The position numbers and the translations under genes are program-made. DNA of 26,008 bases from an uncultured Bacteriovoracaceae bacterium (GTDB lineage: Bacteria; Bdellovibrionota; Bacteriovoracia; Bacteriovoracales; Bacteriovoracaceae), in contig CAXGUD010000048.1 of NCBI GenBank assembly GCA_964012805.1, positions 1 to 26,008 of the forward strand, read 5' to 3'. The notes under the pieces are model-generated. The model did not search any database and had not been told where the DNA came from. It saw only the letters and a program-made list of their open reading frames with translations. The stretch's first letter is position 1, and each line of letters starts with the position of its first letter. Shown one piece after another: positions 19,670-26,008 of the stretch.

Positions 19670-19891
19670 ATGAATTGTGTTGAATGTGATAGACCTGCTC
19701 ACGGAACATGTAGGTTTTGTGGACGGGGATTATGTAAAGACCACTTTAATTCAGCAAATTTTATTGTCACCATAAGTAACAATCAAAGTAAGAATGAAGA
19801 AGGGCCAGAAGTTTTGGTTGTTAAAAATGTGCTAAAATGTAGTCATTGTGAACCTCTTGGAGAGCTAATTAGTTTAAATAAAAAGGATTAA
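19670..19891 (+). CDS. Small Cys/His zinc-finger protein (DUF2180-like)
   Basis: CxxC-x7-CxxC-x4-CxxH ... CxxC pattern; AAGGA RBS; 9 nt after the upstream stop. Confidence 0.65.
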   Translation: MNCVECDRPAHGTCRFCGRGLCKDHFNSANFIVTISNNQSKNEEGPEVLVVKNVLKCSHCEPLGELISLNKKD

Positions 19892-19901
19892 GGAGAAAAA
19901 A

Positions 19902-20150
19902 ATGGCCATGAAGGATGTAAAACTCATTTTGGATAAAGCCCACAAAGATGATGAGTTTAGGAAACTATTATTATCTAACCCAGATGAAGCACTTAAGGAC
20001 TTTGCCTTATCAGACAGAGAAAAAGAGAAGTTTCACGGAATGGGTCAGGAGCAATTGATGGCATTTAAAAGCCAGCTAGACAAGAGGTTTTCTAAAGATG
20101 GAAGCTCCGGCAGTGACGATGACTGGTGGGTAGAGTCTGTAACAGACTGA
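19902..20150 (+). CDS. NHLP-clan (Os1348/Franean1_4349-like) RiPP precursor-like peptide
   Basis: ILDKAHKDDEFRKLLLSNPDEALKDFALSDRE matches the nitrile-hydratase-like leader pattern (A..D..FR..LL..P..AL....L...E); LDKRFSK leader-end motif; AAGGAG RBS. Confidence 0.75.
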   Translation: MAMKDVKLILDKAHKDDEFRKLLLSNPDEALKDFALSDREKEKFHGMGQEQLMAFKSQLDKRFSKDGSSGSDDDWWVESVTD

Positions 20151-20173
20151 CAAGAAATCTCTTAGTTTGTAAT

Positions 20174-21211
20174 TTACCAACTAAAACTAGGAATTAGATA
20201 GTAGTTTCGTTCTTCGGTTGAGTCATTCCCTTGCAATTTATATACTTCCCAACGCATGCCACCTTCTATTTTTAAACTTTTAAATTTCATTCCAAAAAGT
20301 TTAAAATTAGTAAAATTTCTACCAAGAGTAAATTCTTGGAAAGTAGTTATTTTTCTTGGCCCCCTTAAACTTTCTTTATTGTTAGTTGGAATAATAGATC
20401 TATATTCCATAATTAGGTTTGCCATTAATGAAGAATCATTTTTTGAAGCCCAATCTCTTTTCAGATAGAGTGAGAGCCCATCATAAAAGACCTCATTTTT
20501 ATTTTTTAAATAGCCTAATTCGAGCGTCCAGCTTTTTTTCGTTTCCTTAGTTCTATTGTTTCCTTTAAATTTATAACTCACATTAAACCATTTATTCGTA
20601 TACTGATCCAATTTGACCAGGCGATCAGTGGCAAAGGAGAGGACAAGACCACTTAGAGAACTCCCTGATTGGGAGGGTCTCTTCCTTTTTCCTTTCTTTT
20701 TTTTCTTTGATTTGTTAACAACCTTAGAATCAGAAACGTAATAAGGCTCTAAATTTCCAAGAAAAAAAGAAAATTGATAAGGAACTTTATACTTTGTTCC
20801 TATAATCTCTACCATGTTCCAAACTTTATCTTTATCTATGTCAAACCTACTATAAATTCCATGTTCCCTTTTTTTCAGGTAGATTCCAAGGTTGGTGAAA
20901 GGATAGTAATCAGCTTGAAAAAGAAGAAATTTTGGACTAAAACTTTTCTTAAATTGTTCATAGTAAAAGTCCAACTCCTTTTTAAAATCATATTTTTTTT
21001 CTAATGACCGTTTTTTAGGTTTAACTTTTGAAAAATTCAAACTGGCGTTAAAATAAGTTTTGCCCACACTTGCACCGACAGTATACCTTAACTTTTTACT
21101 ACCAATTTTTGAACTCCATCCTTTCCTGTATAAATAAGCATTACTATTCAAAGCAAAAAATAGAGTAAATGCTATAAATTTAAGTTTAAAAATGAAATTC
21201 ATAATTTTCAT
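20174..21211 (-). CDS. Secreted hypothetical protein, possible outer-membrane beta-barrel
   Basis: Start MKIMNF (21211, AGGAGA upstream) gives a signal peptide ending NSNA; aromatic-rich alternating strands; C-terminal YYLIPSFSW resembles a beta-signal. Confidence 0.5.
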   Translation of the reverse strand: MKIMNFIFKLKFIAFTLFFALNSNAYLYRKGWSSKIGSKKLRYTVGASVGKTYFNASLNFSKVKPKKRSLEKKYDFKKELDFYYEQFKKSFSPKFLLFQADYYPFTNLGIYLKKREHGIYSRFDIDKDKVWNMVEIIGTKYKVPYQFSFFLGNLEPYYVSDSKVVNKSKKKKKGKRKRPSQSGSSLSGLVLSFATDRLVKLDQYTNKWFNVSYKFKGNNRTKETKKSWTLELGYLKNKNEVFYDGLSLYLKRDWASKNDSSLMANLIMEYRSIIPTNNKESLRGPRKITTFQEFTLGRNFTNFKLFGMKFKSLKIEGGMRWEVYKLQGNDSTEERNYYLIPSFSW

Positions 21212-21293
21212 ATTTTTTTTATAATCTCCTTCTCTCTTTATCGTTTTTTTTATTATAATTCTAAACAAGAATTCCTAAAAAAAGGTTTTATAA

Positions 21294-22193
21294 ATGCCAA
21301 AAAAGAAATTTCTAATTCTAAATAATAAGAAGAGTGGTAAATCTCCTGAAAAAAAAGAGCAATTAACGACAAAAATAATAAGTCTTTTTGATTCAAATGA
21401 TATAGATACAGAGTTATTTGACAGTGAATACCCAAGACACATGGAAGATTTTGTTTCCAAACAATCCTTTGAAAACTTTGACGCCGTAATTGGACTGGGA
21501 GGAGATGGAACCTCCAATGAAATTATTTCTGGCATCCACAGAAGAGAAAATACTAATGTGCCTCCAGTCGGATTTATCCCCCTAGGAACTGGAAATGATT
21601 TTTTGAGAAGCTTAGGCAGTCTTAATCCTATGAACTGGGCCGATAAGATTGTAAGAGGTGAAACGAAAAAAGTTGATATAATTGAGATTAGTACAAAAGA
21701 AAAAACTTATTTTTCTCAGCTATTAACGGGTTGGGGAGTTTTTTATGATGGTGCTGTTGCTGCAGAAAAATATAGGTTTTTGGGACCCTTAAAATATACC
21801 GCAGGTGCCATAGAGTCGCTTTTAAAAAGTAAAAAAAGAAAAGCTAAAATTAAAGTTAATGATGAGGTATATGAGGATGATTTTTGGGGGGCGATGATTT
21901 GTAATACACAATTCATTGGTGGAGGTCTTCTTATGGCCAGAGATGCAAAGATTGATGATGGTATTTTTGAATTTTTTCTAGTCAAAAATGTTTCCAGAAT
22001 AAAATTAATATTTCTTTTCATACAATTGGCCCTTAAAATTCCTTTGTCCCCAAGTCTTGTTCACACTTTCAAAACAGCCAATGTAGAAATCATTCCTGAA
22101 GAATGTGAACCTATAAATATTGATGGAGACTTCATGGGTACTACACCTTTAAAGGCAAGTATTAAAACCAAATCTTATGATTTGATCTGCTAA
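21294..22193 (+). CDS. Diacylglycerol-kinase-family lipid kinase (sphingosine/ceramide kinase-like)
   Basis: N..SGK, GGDGT..E, IPLGTGNDF, VDI, NT..IGGG, A.IDDG, NIDGD. Confidence 0.88.
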   Translation: MPKKKFLILNNKKSGKSPEKKEQLTTKIISLFDSNDIDTELFDSEYPRHMEDFVSKQSFENFDAVIGLGGDGTSNEIISGIHRRENTNVPPVGFIPLGTGNDFLRSLGSLNPMNWADKIVRGETKKVDIIEISTKEKTYFSQLLTGWGVFYDGAVAAEKYRFLGPLKYTAGAIESLLKSKKRKAKIKVNDEVYEDDFWGAMICNTQFIGGGLLMARDAKIDDGIFEFFLVKNVSRIKLIFLFIQLALKIPLSPSLVHTFKTANVEIIPEECEPINIDGDFMGTTPLKASIKTKSYDLIC

Positions 22194-22400
22194 ACAAGTT
22201 AATTATAAATTAATATAAATTTGCTTAGTTTTATCGTATAAATAGATAGATACGGTAGGTTGAATATCTAATTCGGTATGGTTTCATTTCAAAATTCTCA
22301 TGGATAATGAAAAACTACGTAATTTAAGTGGGGAATTTTCTTAAGAAGCCGATAATAATTGAGAGAAATAAGGTATAACAAAGAAAAAAAGGCTCCTTTT

Positions 22401-23198
22401 ATGAAAAAAACAATTCATGGAAATGCAGAAAAGAAAGCCATCGCTATAGATATGCTTGAAAGATACACAGGTCACCAGTTAAAGAAGTTTGAAAAACAAA
22501 TTATCATAACCAACTTCTCATTTTACTTAGAAAGGTTTAATGCAACTTTTGAAGATCATTACTTTACTCAAGGATCAGCCTTTAAGGCATCATCATCAAA
22601 AAAAGCTCATGTCACCATTATTGAATTTGGTATCGGATCTCCAATGGCGGCCCTTATTGGTGAGATACTTGCCGTGGCCAACCCGAAGGCCGTTTTATTC
22701 CTTGGACTTTGCGGAGCCGTCCATCCTTCTTTAAAAGTTGGAGATTTTATCCTCCCTATGGCCGCTATTAGGGCAGAGGGTGTCTCTAAAAACTTTTTAC
22801 CTCCACAGGTACCGGCCCTCCCAACTTTTAAAGTACAAAAGTTCATAAGTCAGGTTCTTGTTGAAAATGGGTACGACTATAGAACGGGCACGATTCATTC
22901 TACAGATTTCCGTTTTTGGGAATTTGACCAAAGGTTTAAAGATAATTTAATTGAAGAAAGGGTGCTAGCGGTTGAAATGGAAACAGCGGCCCTCTTTACA
23001 GCTTGCTTTGTAAGTAAGGTGAATATTGGAGCACTCCTCCTCGTCTCAGATTGTCCTATGAAAAGGGGCGGGATTAAGACAAAATCATCAGCTCGAAGTG
23101 TTTTTAGAAAGTTTACCGATGTCCATATAGACCTCGGTATTAAGGCAATGAGGGATATTAAGAAAAAAGGTGAAAAAATCAGGCATTATAGGTGGTAA
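22401..23198 (+). CDS. amn: AMP nucleosidase (short, PNP/UDP superfamily type)
   Basis: DMLERYTG, ITNF..Y, FGIGSP.AA, LFLG.CG, GDFILP.AAIR.EG.S, RFWE.D, EMETA.LF, GALLLVSD.P, G.KT; ATG at 22401 preferred over TTG at 22359. Confidence 0.82.
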   Translation: MKKTIHGNAEKKAIAIDMLERYTGHQLKKFEKQIIITNFSFYLERFNATFEDHYFTQGSAFKASSSKKAHVTIIEFGIGSPMAALIGEILAVANPKAVLFLGLCGAVHPSLKVGDFILPMAAIRAEGVSKNFLPPQVPALPTFKVQKFISQVLVENGYDYRTGTIHSTDFRFWEFDQRFKDNLIEERVLAVEMETAALFTACFVSKVNIGALLLVSDCPMKRGGIKTKSSARSVFRKFTDVHIDLGIKAMRDIKKKGEKIRHYRW

Positions 23199-23348
23199 AA
23201 ATCAAAAGCTTGAGTTCATGACTAACGGTCATATTAAAAACCTTTTAAAAATGAGCACTTCTTCTTAAAAATGACCCCTGGTCAACTTTATTTCAAAAAA
23301 AAGACCTCTATTTTAGTTTTTTACAATTTAAGTGGTTTTAATAACTTA

Positions 23349-24071
23349 CTAGCTAGAGAGTTCTTCTAAAGGGTTAAAGTTCCAGGGTCTTATAGCAAAC
23401 ATAACACCAGTGCTTTTTCTTTTTTCTTTTGTGTACTTTCCCATTTGATGTTCAAGCTCTATGAGATTTTCAACTTTTTTCATCTCTTGAATAATTTTCG
23501 GGAAAGCACTTTTTGGAATATCCTCAACAAAGAAAGAATAAAACTCAGACTCTCCCTTAAAACGACTCCCAAGAAATTGCCTTTCATTTATTTCTAAGAA
23601 TTTTTCCCTTAACTTACCATTTTCATTCCAAGATACTGATTCAATCAATACCTTAACCTTATTTCCAGGTCCCCATTCAATCAGTTTAAGAGCGTCTAAT
23701 TTTTTTAAATATTTAACTTCCTGATTTTTAGTTATTTTATATTTTTGTGATAAAAAAGTGGGTGATCTTCCAGAAAGTAATTGGTCAAAATAGGCCCAAT
23801 AATTAATATTTTTAGCAAAAAAGGCTTCCTGTTCATCAGTGAGTACATGAGTTTTAGGTTGGGATACCTCAATAGATTGCGAGAGGTCCTTAAGAGAAGT
23901 GTTTGTTATTTCACAAATGGATAAAAAACGAGATAAACTAAGATTTTTTAAGGCAAAGTCTCTTTTGACAGTAGAGAGGCTAATATCTAAGGCCTTGGCA
24001 ATCTGGTTATATGTAATACCTTTGGCCTTCATTTGCTTTTTTAATTGGTCGATGAGAATTTTTTCTTTCAT
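23349..24071 (-). CDS. XRE/Cro-C1 HTH transcriptional regulator with C-terminal wHTH/sensor region
   Basis: LKKQMKAKGITYNQIAKALDISLSTVKR HTH; L..LD.L.LIE..PGN and C-terminal AIRPW motif. Confidence 0.8.
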   Translation of the reverse strand: MKEKILIDQLKKQMKAKGITYNQIAKALDISLSTVKRDFALKNLSLSRFLSICEITNTSLKDLSQSIEVSQPKTHVLTDEQEAFFAKNINYWAYFDQLLSGRSPTFLSQKYKITKNQEVKYLKKLDALKLIEWGPGNKVKVLIESVSWNENGKLREKFLEINERQFLGSRFKGESEFYSFFVEDIPKSAFPKIIQEMKKVENLIELEHQMGKYTKEKRKSTGVMFAIRPWNFNPLEELSS

Positions 24072-24102
24072 AGTATAAAATTATACACCATATAGGCTTA
24101 AA

Positions 24103-24128
24103 AAATAGTACTTTTTTAAAAACTATTT
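24103..24128. promoter_or_regulatory. Inverted repeat, candidate operator of the XRE regulator
   Basis: AAATAGT-N12-ACTATTT in the intergenic region between the divergent regulator and secreted-protein genes. Confidence 0.4.
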
Positions 24129-24261
24129 CGCGAAGCAAAAAACCTGTGTAAAGTCTTTTTAAGAACATAATAACTCTTGTTCAAAACTACTTTAGAAATG
24201 ATCATAAGTTTCCCCCTAATTTAAGTTCATTTCTAAAGGACACCCAACCTGCGAGGACGAA

Positions 24262-25713
24262 ATGAAAAAAACTTTACTACCCATTTTAGCAATTGGACTA
24301 ATGAATCTTACCCCTGGTCAAAAAGCTCATGCTTTTTACGGAAAACAAGCTGAAAAAACCATTTTAAAATTTGATGGAGAACTTGTTGTCCCAAAAGGAC
24401 TAACTAAATCAGAGATTGAAAAGAAAATTCTAGAACAAACAGGGCATTTACTTGGAACTTTTCATTCAAAGAGCTTTATAAAGGAATTTGGGTCGGAAGG
24501 CGTTGTAGGAGAAGATAAAACGGTTTCTAATATTAAAGTTTATGCATCAAAAGATGACAAAAAGAAGGACTTTGTTACCTACACCTTTGAAAGTGAGGCC
24601 CTCTTTAATAAGAAGGCCTTCGGCAGAAAAAAAACAATCCAAGTTCCTATCAAACTCCCTTATTCTCCAGAAGAGATTTATGACTTTGGAATTGTAGGAA
24701 ATAAAAATGTATGTACAGACAACCACTATAATGGACCTGAAGACTTTTTTTACTTTTGGGATCCAGATAAAAAAGGATGTCCTTTAAAGGGAAATCAATA
24801 TGAGGTTTACAGGACAAAAGGAACTTTAAAGAAATTACCTAAAACAAAAAGAACCTTACCAAACTATACAAAACTTTTTGGTGATAATGGTAACGGTGAT
24901 ACAACAAGGATTGATCTTCTTTTCGGATTTGTAGATGATAAATCCCCAAAAAATCTTTCTCACTATCTAAAACAGACTATTAAATATTTAGATCCAGATT
25001 CTACATTAAAAGGAGTTGACGACACTATAAGTGGAGCTTATGAAATCTTTGATCATCTTGAACTAAAAGGGTTTGAGCTTGAGGAAAGAATTCTCTATGG
25101 AAGCATGAAAGATAAAGAAATTAAATCTTTTGAGCGTAAAGATATCAATATTGGAGATTTAATTTCTAGTGACAAAGGTGAAATTCCTGGTGAAAAAAGA
25201 ACCTACAGCAAAATGTTTCCTTCAGGAAAAGTAGTTCAAATTAATATTTTAATTGCAGATACAGATGCTGATGCTCATAAAAAAAATAAGAGTAACCTTT
25301 TCAAAGATGCTCTTAAAGACTCTTTGATGAATGCAGATATCATTGAATATGAAGGGCACTCAGGGTTAGGCGAGAATCTTAATCTGAAAGCGATGTACGG
25401 TAATGAAGAAATTTTTGATCCAAATAAATCACAAGTTATTTTTATTAACGGATGTCACTCTTACTCTTACTATAAAAATATGTTTTTTGAAAAAAAGGGT
25501 AATGAAGAAAACTTAGACCTCATTCTATCAGGATTAACAACAATAAGTTCAGATGGGCCCAATAACGTGAAAGCTTTTTTGAAGTATTTTTTGAATCCTG
25601 ATACGAAAAGGGAAGTTTCTTTCCAGGCGATTCTCAATAATATTGAAGATTCAAATGAGAAAGAAAATGGAAGTTACTTAACATCAGTTTATGGTGATAT
25701 ATTAACAAGATAA
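24262..25713 (+). CDS. Secreted hypothetical protein with C-terminal His/Cys dyad (clan CD peptidase-like)
   Basis: Signal peptide ending AHA; IIEYEGHSGLG (His366) and VIFINGCHSY (Cys398); GAGGA RBS. Confidence 0.55.
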   Translation: MKKTLLPILAIGLMNLTPGQKAHAFYGKQAEKTILKFDGELVVPKGLTKSEIEKKILEQTGHLLGTFHSKSFIKEFGSEGVVGEDKTVSNIKVYASKDDKKKDFVTYTFESEALFNKKAFGRKKTIQVPIKLPYSPEEIYDFGIVGNKNVCTDNHYNGPEDFFYFWDPDKKGCPLKGNQYEVYRTKGTLKKLPKTKRTLPNYTKLFGDNGNGDTTRIDLLFGFVDDKSPKNLSHYLKQTIKYLDPDSTLKGVDDTISGAYEIFDHLELKGFELEERILYGSMKDKEIKSFERKDINIGDLISSDKGEIPGEKRTYSKMFPSGKVVQINILIADTDADAHKKNKSNLFKDALKDSLMNADIIEYEGHSGLGENLNLKAMYGNEEIFDPNKSQVIFINGCHSYSYYKNMFFEKKGNEENLDLILSGLTTISSDGPNNVKAFLKYFLNPDTKREVSFQAILNNIEDSNEKENGSYLTSVYGDILTR

Positions 25714-25756
25714 TTTTTCAGTAAATAAAATTATCTTTTAATTTACAGTAAAATCT

Positions 25757-25790
25757 AAGAAAAACACCCCCAAATGGGTGTTTTTCTTTT
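25757..25790. terminator. Bidirectional Rho-independent terminator
   Basis: 13-bp stem AAGAAAAACACCC / GGGTGTTTTTCTT with 6-nt loop, between convergent genes. Confidence 0.8.
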
Positions 25791-25931
25791 TAGAGACTTT
25801 TAATCATTTCAGAAATAAGATTTACTTCGTAAGTCCATAGTCCACCATGGGATACTTTGGAAGATAAAAAGGTAAAGGAAAGATTTAACAAAGAGTTACT
25901 TTAATTAGCGTCCCTTCTCTAAAAAACTGAA

Positions 25932-26008
25932 CTAAAATAATAACTTTCTTAGAATTCTTCTTAAAGGCTCAGCTGCCCCCCAAAGAAGTTGGTCGCCGAG
26001 TGTAAAAG
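25932..26008 (-). CDS. asd: Aspartate-semialdehyde dehydrogenase, 3' end (truncated by window edge)
   Basis: Not in the ORF track. Minus-strand translation is FTLGDQLLWGAAEPLRRILRKLLF*, containing the GDQLLWGAAEPLRR C-terminal signature of Asd. Confidence 0.85.
   Translation of the reverse strand, partial: FTLGDQLLWGAAEPLRRILRKLLF

Noticed and set aside
15361..21290. Genomic island or mobile element around the protease-peptide module
   Set aside because: No integrase, transposase, tRNA or flanking direct repeats seen; the AT richness can be explained partly by Phe/Ile/Leu/Lys-rich membrane segments
22348..22355. Perfect sigma28 -10 box GCCGATAA upstream of amn
   Set aside because: No TAAA -35 at 15-nt spacing (TGGG there), so it cannot be supported as a promoter
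22194..22400. Possible ncRNA or riboswitch upstream of AMP nucleosidase
   Set aside because: Only weak AT-rich hairpins; no recognisable purine-riboswitch consensus
25790..25931. Short minus-strand reading frame (..SKVSHGGLWTYEVNLISEMIKSL*) between asd and the terminator, possible gene remnant
   Set aside because: About 33 codons, no good start or RBS, no recognisable homology

Overview
AT-rich bacterial chromosomal window. Gene content (compact flagellin, DUF4360 and many secreted hypotheticals, Spt, split nuo genes) suggests Bdellovibrionota (Bacteriovorax/Halobacteriovorax-like); this is inference. Left to right it holds a DUF2797-like gene, a putative ceramide biosynthesis operon (spt, bCerS-like GNAT, SDR reductase), a pseudo-receiver, an isolated nuoB-C-D-I cluster, an HExxH protein, an LpoB-like lipoprotein, sixA, a secreted PLD and START protein, a sigma54-preceded DUF4360 gene and a metallophosphoesterase. 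The most unusual part is a tightly coupled four-gene unit at 15570-20150: flagellin, a 1028-aa M50 site-2 protease with an RRE/PqqD-like N-terminus and two cNMP-binding domains, a small Zn-finger protein, and an NHLP-clan RiPP-like peptide with no modifying enzyme nearby. The right end has a putative outer-membrane protein, a sphingosine/ceramide-kinase-like DAGK, AMP nucleosidase, an XRE regulator divergent from a secreted His/Cys-dyad protein, and the 3' end of asd. No rRNA, tRNA, CRISPR array or mobile element was recognised. All family calls come from motif recognition by eye, without database searches.
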